64,000 nt of DNA from Bdellovibrionales bacterium (GTDB lineage: Bacteria; Pseudomonadota; Alphaproteobacteria; UBA9219), in the NCBI GenBank assembly GCA_040275305.1, contig JBEOJY010000005.1, positions 393-64,392 on the forward strand, written 5' to 3'. Shown here piece after piece: positions 32,140 to 40,774 of the stretch (position 1 is its first letter; the number at the start of each line of letters is the position of its first letter). The position numbers and the translations under genes were made by a program. The notes below the pieces were generated by a model. The model made no database searches. It was not told the DNA's origin and worked only from the letters and a program-made list of their open reading frames with translations.

Positions 32140-33483
32140 TTAATTGCCAAAGGCTTGCAGGGCAACGGGCACACGGAAGGTAACCTGAGCGTCCGGCGCA
32201 TCGCGCGTGATACCTGCGGCCACGTTCATATTCACATGCACGCGATTGTTCACTTTGAACGAGAAGCCAGTTAGCGTCGATCCAACCTGAAGCGAATCGC
32301 CACGTTGGGAGACGCCGCCGATTTCTGTGGTTGTGGGCCTGACGTAGGCATGTTCATAGCCCAGCGTGAAGGACAGGCGGTCATTGAGAGATACGCCCAT
32401 GCCTGCGCTGGCCGTGTAGGCGGCACCGGGATCAACTCTGCCGATGGCGCTGCCCGCAACAGTGCGGTTGATCGTTTCGCCGAAGCTGTGGACGTAACCG
32501 ATATTGCCGAACAGCACGGCGGGGTCGAGCGGGTAAATGGCCGTCACGCTAGGCGCGACCGACATAAAGCCGGATCCTGTCGCTAGATCTTTCGAGCTCC
32601 CATTCGCGTTGTAGGCAATCCGGTAGGGGCTTGTTCCTGTGTCTGACTTATAACGTAAATTCGCGATGAAGAAGGGCCAATCCTGTTGCCCTTTGTTGAT
32701 CTGATAGTGGGCGCCGAATTCGATATCGCCTAGTCCGTAGCCATTGGTTGTTTGATGGGCTGTCGGCGATCCTGTCAGCGACACGATGGTGTCGTATTGC
32801 GAATCCTGACGCCAGACAAATGGGACTCTGGCTTCCAGTTCGAGGCGGTTCGTGACGCCGACACGCACCGTTGTTCCCGTTGTGACGATATCTCGCGCCA
32901 CGCGATTGGCGCTGATTTCACCGATCAGGAAGGAAGGCAGCAGCGAGCCGCCCAAAAATGTGAAGTTGTTGATCGAAGAACGCGCGTATTCGGCAAAAGG
33001 TTCCAGCACTATCTTGCCGTACGGGGTTAACACGCCGCCGGTGTTGGCTAAAATGGGAACTTCGGGCGGCTTGTCTTGTCCGGCAGGGGCTTGCCCTACT
33101 TGTTCTGTAGGCATAGCTGGCGAGGCCGCCGATTGCTGGGCGGTTTGTTTTTTCTTCGGCGCGGTTGCTGATTCTTGCGGTTCACCCGAAGCGTCGCGCC
33201 ATGACGATTTCTGTTTCTTGGCCAGTTGGGCTTCGAGCGCCGTGATTTTGCGGTCTTTGTTGCCGATGTCCGCTTCCAGCTTGCTGAGACGCTCTTGCTG
33301 GCTTTCCAGTTTTTGGGCTAGGTCAGCCAAAGCCTTCTGGATGGTTGCTTCTTCTGCTTTCGCATTAGAGGTCTTGGCCATTGCCGGCGATGCCGCAAGC
33401 CCTACTACGGCAGTAAAAACTACAAGGGATGACAGCGTACGGATGCCATGGAGCATTGCGCGCGCGGACGCATGGAAAGGCAT
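32140..33483 (-). CDS. FapF-like outer-membrane beta-barrel amyloid transporter
   Basis: Signal peptide, coiled coil (IQKALADLAQKLESQQERLSKLEADI...), linker, GVLTPYG, then alternating strands with GLGDIEFG, TGSGF, DPAVLFGN and APDAQVTFRVP; start codon uncertain. Confidence 0.75.
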   Translation of the reverse strand: MPFHASARAMLHGIRTLSSLVVFTAVVGLAASPAMAKTSNAKAEEATIQKALADLAQKLESQQERLSKLEADIGNKDRKITALEAQLAKKQKSSWRDASGEPQESATAPKKKQTAQQSAASPAMPTEQVGQAPAGQDKPPEVPILANTGGVLTPYGKIVLEPFAEYARSSINNFTFLGGSLLPSFLIGEISANRVARDIVTTGTTVRVGVTNRLELEARVPFVWRQDSQYDTIVSLTGSPTAHQTTNGYGLGDIEFGAHYQINKGQQDWPFFIANLRYKSDTGTSPYRIAYNANGSSKDLATGSGFMSVAPSVTAIYPLDPAVLFGNIGYVHSFGETINRTVAGSAIGRVDPGAAYTASAGMGVSLNDRLSFTLGYEHAYVRPTTTEIGGVSQRGDSLQVGSTLTGFSFKVNNRVHVNMNVAAGITRDAPDAQVTFRVPVALQAFGN

Positions 33484-33526
33484 GGGGGACTCCAAAAAAT
33501 TTGGTCTAGTGGATGGATGCTAGACA

Positions 33527-34165
33527 CTAACGTCGTAGTACATTACGTAGACTGTTCATAGCCTGTGATTTCAGTGCCGTCAGCGCTTGATATGCCTGAG
33601 ACTTTTCTGCCACGTAGTTCGTTATATCAATCGTGATGCTCTGAATCTGACTGATGACAGCCCCATTCGCTGAGTTGGAGACTAGCGTTGTGACATTGCC
33701 TGTCAATGGGTCGGCTGAACTTGTTATAGTTGTGTTGCCTGTTGGTAACGTTGTTGTTTGAGTTTCAGGTTGAGAAACTGACGCGCTGGATGCGACTGGA
33801 TAAACCTTTGTAGTTGTACCTAGTTGCTCGATTTTCGCTGCCGCTACAGTGCTAGAGGCGGATGTCGGGGCAGTGATTTTACCGCTTGAGTAATAATTAT
33901 GTACCACGCTCTTTCCGTCGAGTAGAATTTCTGTTTCGATCCCGATGTTTATATTCATTCCGTTTGGTAAAATGTATCCCCCGTAGGCTTCTTCTAGTTC
34001 GGCGGCATTCATGGGTGATAACCCATGCAGAGCGTCGATGGATTCAGCTTTAGCTATTGAGAGGGGCGCCATGATGCCAAGGCAAGCCGCAAGGAGCAAT
34101 GCGGTTGCGCGGCCCATGAGGTTGCGGAAAAAGTCGCGAGAGGGGGTGGGGGATTTAGTGTTCAT
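33527..34165 (-). CDS. Secreted accessory protein, FapE-like (double-Gly motif)
   Basis: Signal ending AKA; PMNAAELEEAYGG|YILPNGMNINIGIE; C-terminal TTLVSNSANGAVISQIQSITID. Confidence 0.6.
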   Translation of the reverse strand: MNTKSPTPSRDFFRNLMGRATALLLAACLGIMAPLSIAKAESIDALHGLSPMNAAELEEAYGGYILPNGMNINIGIETEILLDGKSVVHNYYSSGKITAPTSASSTVAAAKIEQLGTTTKVYPVASSASVSQPETQTTTLPTGNTTITSSADPLTGNVTTLVSNSANGAVISQIQSITIDITNYVAEKSQAYQALTALKSQAMNSLRNVLRR

Positions 34166-34877
34166 GGAATGTCGGGTGGTTGATGGTGAAAGAGGAGAGC
34201 GCGTTGTGGTTGTGGGTTCGGCCTCTGCTGATTGGAGAGCGCGGCAAGGCTTTTAAGTCTGCACTATCATTGAAGTGAGCGCGGCCTTTGGCCACATTGT
34301 CGCGAATGACGAAAACAACTTTGTTCCAGATGGCTTCAAACTCGTCCAAGGGGATTCGACGTAAACCAAGTTGCGAATCGGCAACGATAACCGCCCCGTT
34401 GTCGATGCCCCTTATCACTATGAAGTGGTTATATCCACCGGGGCTTATCAATGTTAGGGAGGGCAGATCCAGCGATTGTAGCTGCTGGATCGTGAGCTTG
34501 TATCCGTCTGCGCGATATCCTTCGGACGCAAGAAACTTTTTGATATCCAGCAGCGAGAAGCCGACCTTGCGGATGTGTTCCTGATTCCCAACTTTGTACA
34601 TCGCTTGGAACACGCTTTGTTCGTCCGTGGGGATATCGTAGCTGTGCGTAAGCAATGTCGCAACGGCGGCAGAGCCACAGCTGTAGTCATAGGCTTGATG
34701 TATGACGCGCTCGTCGCGCAGTTCCTTAATGCTTTTGACCTTAACCGAAAAGTCACCTGACGGCGCGACGATCTGTCCTGCCTGCGCGTTTTTTCCGCCG
34801 CTCAATGCGACAGTGAAAATAACGATTAACAGACACGCCATTCGCCAACACATCCCGGTTGCTCCGCTTAATGGCAT
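34155..34877 (-). CDS. Stand-alone periplasmic C39 peptidase, FapD-like
   Basis: QAYDYSCGSAAVATLL (catalytic Cys), GFSLLDIK, GYNHFIVIRG (His), VADS (Asp); signal-like N-terminus, no ABC domain. Confidence 0.85.
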   Translation of the reverse strand: MPLSGATGMCWRMACLLIVIFTVALSGGKNAQAGQIVAPSGDFSVKVKSIKELRDERVIHQAYDYSCGSAAVATLLTHSYDIPTDEQSVFQAMYKVGNQEHIRKVGFSLLDIKKFLASEGYRADGYKLTIQQLQSLDLPSLTLISPGGYNHFIVIRGIDNGAVIVADSQLGLRRIPLDEFEAIWNKVVFVIRDNVAKGRAHFNDSADLKALPRSPISRGRTHNHNALSSFTINHPTFHEH

Positions 34878-35233
34878 CAGTGCATGTACACGAGAATTGA
34901 CGTGGATTGCGAAATCGAAACCTGATTGCCGGAATTCGCAATTAAGGTCGTAAATCCGCTGTTATTGCTTAAGCTGTTTCCGAACACTTCGCCTGTGGAT
35001 CCAATCGAACCGATTGAATTTTGCGACACTTCGGACTTTACGTTCGCCGAGCTTTCGTTCGTGACGATTGTATGGCCGCCCGATATGTTGTTAAGCGTTT
35101 CTGCGCTGACGCCTGATAAGTGCGACAAGGCAAACTCATCCTGTGGGCTTGCCGCGTCTTCGGCAGAGGCCAATTGCGGCGCTCCGACCAAGCTAAGCAC
35201 TAATACGGCGGAAAAGATTATCTTGGGATACAT
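34877..35233 (-). CDS. Small secreted Fap-like minor subunit/nucleator candidate
   Basis: AAGGAG RBS; signal ending ASA; VSAETLNNISGG; C-terminal SNNSGFTTLIANSGNQVSISQSTSILV. Confidence 0.6.
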   Translation of the reverse strand: MYPKIIFSAVLVLSLVGAPQLASAEDAASPQDEFALSHLSGVSAETLNNISGGHTIVTNESSANVKSEVSQNSIGSIGSTGEVFGNSLSNNSGFTTLIANSGNQVSISQSTSILVYMH

Positions 35234-35282
35234 GGCAATCTCCTTAACAATCAATATTTGTCGCTACGTTCGCGAAAGAAAG

Positions 35283-35310
35283 GGGATGGAAATTTTTCAA
35301 TTTCCATCCC
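35283..35310 (-). terminator. Intra-operon stem-loop (leaky terminator or mRNA stabiliser)
   Basis: 12-bp perfect stem gggatggaaatt/aatttccatccc followed on the minus strand by ctttctttc. Confidence 0.6.
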
Positions 35311-35326
35311 GCAATCTTATTAGGTC

Positions 35327-36139
35327 TTAGCGGGTTGATGCCGCAACGGCGGTCGAAATGCCGACGTTCGAGATCGCGCCTGTGTTGACGCTGCTGCTGA
35401 TCACGCCACCAGAGGTGCTGGTCGACACGCCATTTACGCTGCCGCTGTTGACGGATGCGTCGCCAGCGTGCTTGCCGTTGCTGTCTGCGTCGATCTTGTT
35501 GCCGGTGCTGACTTGCGAAAGCGCGGCAATCGAGAGCGCGGCGGAGATGTCATACTTGTTCTCGGTCTTGGTCGAGTTGAAGCTGTCTTCGGCCGTGTAG
35601 GTGTTGGTCGTCGTGTTGGTGGTCTTGTTCTTCGTCGTGTTGGTCGTGTTGTAGCTGTCTTCGACTTCCAGTGAGGTCTTGTTGGATGTGTTGTAGCTGT
35701 CGTCGGTCTTGTTGTTGCTGTTCTTGGTGTTGGTCGAGGTCTTGTTGTAGCTGTCTTCGATGTCAACTTCTGACGAGGTCTTGTTTTCGGTCGAAGTCTT
35801 GTTGAAGCTGTCCTTAACTGAGACATCGACATCGGTCGAGGTCTTGTTTTCGGTCGAGGTCTTGTTGAAGCTGTCCTCGACATCGACATCGACATCGGTC
35901 GAAGTCTTGTTTTCGGTCTTGGTCGAGGTCAGGTTGGCTGTGTTGAAGCTGTCGTCAACCGTCTTTGTGTCCGACTTCGAGCTCGTGTTCGTCGTCGTCG
36001 TGCTGCTCGACTTTTCGGTGTTGAAGCTGTCGGTGGTGTTGTTATTGGCTTGATCGTTGCCAAATCCATTGACGCTATCAGCAAACGCGGGCGACGCGGC
36101 GAGCATCAAGCCAAACGCGGCGAGTGCAATCTTCTTCAT
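35327..36139 (-). CDS. Secreted Ser/Thr/Asn/Asp-rich DS[F/Y]N-repeat protein, putative major amyloid subunit
   Basis: AGGAG RBS; signal MKKIALAAFGLMLAASPAFA; eight DS[FY]N motifs; mature part has no Pro, Cys, Trp or Met; first gene of the operon. Confidence 0.7.
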   Translation of the reverse strand: MKKIALAAFGLMLAASPAFADSVNGFGNDQANNNTTDSFNTEKSSSTTTTNTSSKSDTKTVDDSFNTANLTSTKTENKTSTDVDVDVEDSFNKTSTENKTSTDVDVSVKDSFNKTSTENKTSSEVDIEDSYNKTSTNTKNSNNKTDDSYNTSNKTSLEVEDSYNTTNTTKNKTTNTTTNTYTAEDSFNSTKTENKYDISAALSIAALSQVSTGNKIDADSNGKHAGDASVNSGSVNGVSTSTSGGVISSSVNTGAISNVGISTAVAASTR

Positions 36140-36211
36140 GATATTCTCCTAAGAGTTGGTTGTTTGGGTTTGATATCAATCCCCTATGGTCCTCACAGGG
36201 AACCAGACCTT

Positions 36212-36239
36212 GGTTTAGCGTATGAGGGAATTGCGTCAA
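36212..36239 (-). promoter_or_regulatory. Candidate RpoD promoter for the Fap-like operon
   Basis: Minus strand TTGACG-N14-GCTAAACC resembles the alphaproteobacterial sigma70 consensus. Confidence 0.45.
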
Positions 36240-36249
36240 GGGGAAAAAT

Positions 36250-36263
36250 TTGATTCGAATCAA
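36250..36263. promoter_or_regulatory. FNR/FixK-type box
   Basis: Exact TTGAT-tcga-ATCAA palindrome. Confidence 0.55.
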
Positions 36264-36483
36264 AAATATAATTATGATTATCGTGTTTTTGTCGTGAAGC
36301 TGCTTTGCGTTATTTCTTGTCGCTGCGATGCACGCATGCGGTGGCAGGTGGCTATGTAAGCAAGATACTCTTGCTTTATTTAGCGTTCTTTGCGTTTCGA
36401 TTGCGCTTTGCGCAGGGGGAGCTATTCTGGTCTTTGATAGAGGATTGCTGTCGCTCAAAGATTTTGAGAAGCTTCACCAATTA

Positions 36484-36731
36484 TATACTCCGTAGGATTG
36501 GAAAGCCGAAAAAGCAACAAGGGTCGTCAATCGCGACGAGCTCCCTTTGGGAGAAGACGCGATCCAGTGTCGCGCAGTATATTGCTTGGGACTCTGGATT
36601 GCCGCGTCGCTTTCCGCCTTCGGCGGAAAACTCCTCGCAATGACGCCCTGTTTGCAAGGATTGTTTTTCATGAGCCACAACAAGCGCTTTAAGAGCCAGT
36701 CATTTTCTGGGTTCCAATCCTACGGAGTCTA
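36484..36731. mobile_element. TA-ended MITE (IS630-like ends) with REP-like cargo
   Basis: Perfect 17-bp inverted repeat actccgtaggattggaa (36487-36503) / ttccaatcctacggagt (36712-36728); internal ...ctcctcgcaatgacg palindrome. Confidence 0.7.
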
Positions 36732-36907
36732 GTTAAAGTGGATAATTTCCGTAATATTCCGCAATCGTCGTCATCGCGAGCGAACGCGAAGCGATCCAGA
36801 GTCGGTGGCGATGTCGTGTGGGATTCTGGATCGCGTCGTCGCCCGAAGGGGGCTTCTCGCAATCATGGCGTTTATTGCGCGTTTAAGTAAATTAGCTGGT
36901 TTGACTA
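36730..36907. mobile_element. Second, abutting TA-ended MITE with REP-like cargo
   Basis: tagttaaagtggataattt vs reverse-complemented right end tagtcaaaccagctaattt (14/19); internal gtcatcgcgag...gcgatccag / ctggatcgc...ctcgcaat. Confidence 0.5.
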
Positions 36908-36928
36908 TAGCTCGCGATTTTTGCAGGT

Positions 36929-37900
36929 TTACAAATATTTGACGATGCTGAGTTGTCCCAGTTTTGCCGTTGCCGAGTAGGATGCTTCAAGTTGCGTTTG
37001 CAGCAGGGTAATTTTGATGCTTACTTCCGTGAGGTCGACTTTCTGGATGTCATCCACCTGATCTTTTAGCGTGTTAATGCTGTCGGATAGATTTGTTACC
37101 TGACTATTTATGGTGTTTTGGTTTCCTGCAACAGCGGTATGAATGCCCTGAATGCCTTGTAGCGCTGTCGCGAGCATTGTTGCGGCCTGATTCATATCGG
37201 ATTGATATGTCGCTGGGTCGGTGGTTTGGGTTGCGCGATACATATAGCGCAGGCCATTTATGAGCCTTTGGAAGCTCGGATCGTCGCTGCTAACCCCATA
37301 AGTGATGCTGTAGTTGTCGTCCGCAAGAACCGAGTCGGCTGTATAGGCGTTGGCGTCGGTTACTGTGCCACTTAAGACATACGCATTATCGTAATCCGGA
37401 AGCGTTAGGTTATCGTTGTGGATCGTTGCCGCTGGGGCGCCCGATAAGACGGTCAGGTCGTCGGAAACAGGTTGCGTCGTGTAGCGGATGCCTGCGTATA
37501 CATAGCGGTTGCCGACTTTTTGGTTAAGATCGTTGGATACTTGTTTCAGGTAGTTCTCGACTTGGGCTTTGATTTGCGGAATTTTCGTCGCGTCGTAGCT
37601 CTGGTTCTGAGATGCCAGAGATTTGGCGTCTGCCGTAATGCTCTCTATGTCGGATAAAGTCGTGTCATACATCTCAAGCCGCGTTTTTACGGATTTGAGC
37701 CCAGAAGTGTAAGCATCTTTTGCGTTCACGCTGTTTTGGAAATTCATCAACTGCCGAGCTTCAAGCGGGGCATAGTCCGTGAGATCGGCGTTCTTCTTTC
37801 CGCTTGAAAGCTGTTCGTTGAGCTTGCTTAGATCCTTTTGCTCCTTTTGCAGGGAGTTAGTCATTAGAATCTGCATGCCTAGCGAGCTGACGTATGTCAT
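36929..37900 (-). CDS. flgL: Flagellar hook-associated protein FlgL
   Basis: EQLSSGKK, NRYVYAG, C-terminal QLEASYSATAKLGQLSIVKYL; downstream of flgK. Confidence 0.85.
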   Translation of the reverse strand: MTYVSSLGMQILMTNSLQKEQKDLSKLNEQLSSGKKNADLTDYAPLEARQLMNFQNSVNAKDAYTSGLKSVKTRLEMYDTTLSDIESITADAKSLASQNQSYDATKIPQIKAQVENYLKQVSNDLNQKVGNRYVYAGIRYTTQPVSDDLTVLSGAPAATIHNDNLTLPDYDNAYVLSGTVTDANAYTADSVLADDNYSITYGVSSDDPSFQRLINGLRYMYRATQTTDPATYQSDMNQAATMLATALQGIQGIHTAVAGNQNTINSQVTNLSDSINTLKDQVDDIQKVDLTEVSIKITLLQTQLEASYSATAKLGQLSIVKYL

Positions 37901-37919
37901 GTGATAACCTTTTGCGTTT

Positions 37920-39335
37920 TTATGACACGAGTTGCATCAAACTTGTCAACATTTGGTTGACCGTGCTGATAATATGCGCGGCAGCTGCATAACTGTTTTG
38001 ATAAGTTATTAGATTGGACAGCTCGGTATCTATATTTACTCCCGTGCGATTGGCCAATGTCTCGGTATAATACGATTTCTGGGTCGTTACCGTGTCGTTT
38101 TGATCTATGATGCTGTTGGCCGTTTGCTGAAAATTGGACAGGATGGCCGTGGTTAGCTCCTCGTAGGTCACATTCGTGGCAGACAAACCGGAGGCGCTAT
38201 AGTTCGCCGTGTTTGTGAGACTGTCGGCAATGTCTTGCGTGTTGGTTTCTGGCAGACCAGAGGTGCCTGCGAGGATGTTGGCGTTTACCTGAAACGTCGC
38301 TGGATCTAGGGGCAAGCCGCTGGCCGTGAAGAAATGCGCGTCCAATGTTTGGCCATTTTGCGTTCCCGCGAGCGAGTCCGTTACTGCCGCGCCATAGGCG
38401 GTGTCGAATAGCCCGCTCGTTAGTCCCGTGACGAGCGTTGACAATTGCGCGTTGAGCTTTGCAATAACGCCGACGCCAGCAACATTGCTCGACGCAGCGG
38501 AGGCGCTTGTGTCGATAAAATTGAACTGAGCTTCCAGCGAGCCGCCGATTAAGGCGGTTCGCACATCGTTGCCACTGGAGTCCAAGACCGTGGTTCCGTT
38601 GAAACTGAAGGTTTCTGCGCCGATTCCTCCGTCAACCAATAACTTGCCGCTCGGCGTATACAACGCGATTTGCCCGTTGCTTCTTTGCTGGATCGTAATG
38701 TCCATATATTGGGCGACTTTGTATACTAGCTGGTCCCGGTTGTCTTGTAGATTGACCGTTTGTTGGCCAGACGTTGTCGAGGACTGGATCTTTCTGTTGA
38801 TATCTTGAATTTGTTTCAAGGTTTCGTTCAGATCCGTGACGGAGGTGGCGATGTCATTGTTGACCTGACTTGTCAGCTGGTTAACCTTGGTCGCGATACT
38901 GTTGATTGTCTTTGCGAGATTGTTGCCGGTTGTGACGAGATTCTGTTTCTGGATGTTACTTTCCGGTTCTGCGGCATACTGTTTCCATGCTGCAGAGAAC
39001 TGGGACATTTGATCGGATAGGTCCGGGTTGTCCGATGTGGAGTCGAGAATCGACTGCACTTGTTGCATGTAAGATTTCTGGGCGCTGAAGTATCCTTCTT
39101 CCGTTGTCGCCTCGACGAGGTTGAGCGTCAGGGCCTGATCGGTCGAGCGCGTGTAGCCTGAGATGGTTGAACCGCCGAATTCAGTGCCATATTCAACCGT
39201 GGTGACGGTTGCCGATTTTGCCGTGTAGCCGGCAGTATTCGCGTTCGAGATGTTGTTCGCGGTTAGCGCTATGAGGTTTGTCGATGTCCTCATGCCGGTT
39301 AGGGCAAGCGAGAAGGCTTGGGTTAGCGAAGACAT
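37920..39335 (-). CDS. flgK: Flagellar hook-associated protein FlgK
   Basis: ANNISNANTAGY, NLQDNRDQL, GVNIDTELSNLITYQNSYAAAA. Confidence 0.9.
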   Translation of the reverse strand: MSSLTQAFSLALTGMRTSTNLIALTANNISNANTAGYTAKSATVTTVEYGTEFGGSTISGYTRSTDQALTLNLVEATTEEGYFSAQKSYMQQVQSILDSTSDNPDLSDQMSQFSAAWKQYAAEPESNIQKQNLVTTGNNLAKTINSIATKVNQLTSQVNNDIATSVTDLNETLKQIQDINRKIQSSTTSGQQTVNLQDNRDQLVYKVAQYMDITIQQRSNGQIALYTPSGKLLVDGGIGAETFSFNGTTVLDSSGNDVRTALIGGSLEAQFNFIDTSASAASSNVAGVGVIAKLNAQLSTLVTGLTSGLFDTAYGAAVTDSLAGTQNGQTLDAHFFTASGLPLDPATFQVNANILAGTSGLPETNTQDIADSLTNTANYSASGLSATNVTYEELTTAILSNFQQTANSIIDQNDTVTTQKSYYTETLANRTGVNIDTELSNLITYQNSYAAAAHIISTVNQMLTSLMQLVS

Positions 39336-39386
39336 CTTTTATATCCTTAAAGCGGATTGCCTTGTAAGCGCCCGTCGAACTTCATG

Positions 39387-40688
39387 TCACTGAACCATGT
39401 TGATGGTCACTTGCAGCAAACTGTTGTCAGCGGTCACGACCTTCGCATTGGCTGAGTATATCTGTTGCGCTTGAATCAAGGTTGTGAACTCGGTCGCGAT
39501 ATCGACGTTGGATTGCTCAAGGGAGTTGGCCGAGATCGTGCCTGCGCCTGTTGTGCCTGGCACGCTGTAACGCGGCGTTCCGGCGGCCAGTGTCGATGAG
39601 TAGGCTCCTCCGCTTATGCGCTGAAGCTGGTTTTCCGCGTAGAACTGAACGATTGGGATTTGATAGATAGTTCTGGTCGTGCCGTTGCTGTAGTTGATCG
39701 ACATGAGGCCGTCGCTGTCTATGCCGAGGCTATCGAACGAACCACGCGGCAAGCCATCCTGACTGAAGTTCGTAACGCTTACAGCTACACTGCTGTCCGC
39801 ATATTGCGAGACGCCGCCGGAGCTGCCAAGAGTGCCAAAGTCAAGTGTCGTCGTTTGCGCGGCCGTGCCCGGGAAGGTTATCGACGCATTCCATTCGGCA
39901 GGGTCTCCGGCTGTGTTGATCGTCGTGGTTCCGTCCGTAATGCTGGCAATCGTACCTGCCGTTGTGCCGCCGCTGCCAGTGTTGAAGACGAAGGTTAGGG
40001 TTTCCGCGTAGGCGGGCGTAGCGTCTGGTATGCTGATATCCAGATCCCATATGTTTGTCGCTGTTTTACTCCACTCGTAGCTGAGATCGTGCGTGTTGCC
40101 GAGCGCGTCGTAGATTTTAACGGTTGAAGTTGAGGAGGTATAGGCATTCGCCGCGTTTGAAGGAAGATTGGCGCTGTATGTAACTGTGCCGGTGGAGACG
40201 GGATCGTCTAGAAGCGCAGACACCTGGATTGCCTCTGTTGACGATGTGTCTACGTTGCCTGAGCTGTCGACTGTGTAGCCGGTAAGGTAGAAACCAGAGC
40301 TGTTGACCATGTAGCCGCTTTTATCGAGCGAAAAGTCGCCTTGGCGCGTGTAGAGCGGCTGGCTGTTAAAGTTTGTGGTGCCCGTCGCATCGGTGGAAGC
40401 CGATTGCACGGCAAAATACCCTGAGCCCGATATGGCAAGGAAGGTTTCCGTATTCGAGCTGACGATACTTCCTTGCACATCGTTTTGATATTGCGGTCTG
40501 GCGCGCACGCCGCCGGGGTTGTTGACGGCGGCGTTAGAGGAGGTCACCAACTGCTCAAAGGACGTGCTGACGGCTTTGTAGCCTGTCGTTTGGGCGTTCG
40601 CGAGGTTGTCGGAGATGTTGCCGATCGAGCTTGACTGCGCGTTCAATCCGGCCACAGCGGTGGTAAGAGCGGAAAATAGCGAACCCAT
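39387..40688 (-). CDS. flgE: Flagellar hook protein FlgE
   Basis: ISDNLANAQTTGYK, YTRQGDF, YDALGNTH, LEQSNVDIATEF; start ATG 40688 behind AAGGAG. Confidence 0.92.
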   Translation of the reverse strand: MGSLFSALTTAVAGLNAQSSSIGNISDNLANAQTTGYKAVSTSFEQLVTSSNAAVNNPGGVRARPQYQNDVQGSIVSSNTETFLAISGSGYFAVQSASTDATGTTNFNSQPLYTRQGDFSLDKSGYMVNSSGFYLTGYTVDSSGNVDTSSTEAIQVSALLDDPVSTGTVTYSANLPSNAANAYTSSTSTVKIYDALGNTHDLSYEWSKTATNIWDLDISIPDATPAYAETLTFVFNTGSGGTTAGTIASITDGTTTINTAGDPAEWNASITFPGTAAQTTTLDFGTLGSSGGVSQYADSSVAVSVTNFSQDGLPRGSFDSLGIDSDGLMSINYSNGTTRTIYQIPIVQFYAENQLQRISGGAYSSTLAAGTPRYSVPGTTGAGTISANSLEQSNVDIATEFTTLIQAQQIYSANAKVVTADNSLLQVTINMVQ

Positions 40689-40774
40689 AACGTGTGCTCC
40701 TTTGCGTTGATTGGAAGGCTGTTCGTGTAGAGGGACTGTTCCGGAGGGCGCAGTCGTGATTTCGGACACACCTT

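Noticed and set aside
35690-35960. Tandem DNA repeats resembling a CRISPR array
   Set aside because: In-frame coding repeats of the DS[F/Y]N protein; no unique spacers and no cas genes.
32140-36139. Bacteriocin or RiPP cluster (C39 peptidase plus GG leaders)
   Set aside because: The peptidase has no ABC domain, all substrates carry Sec signals, and there are no modification or immunity genes; a Fap-type system fits better.
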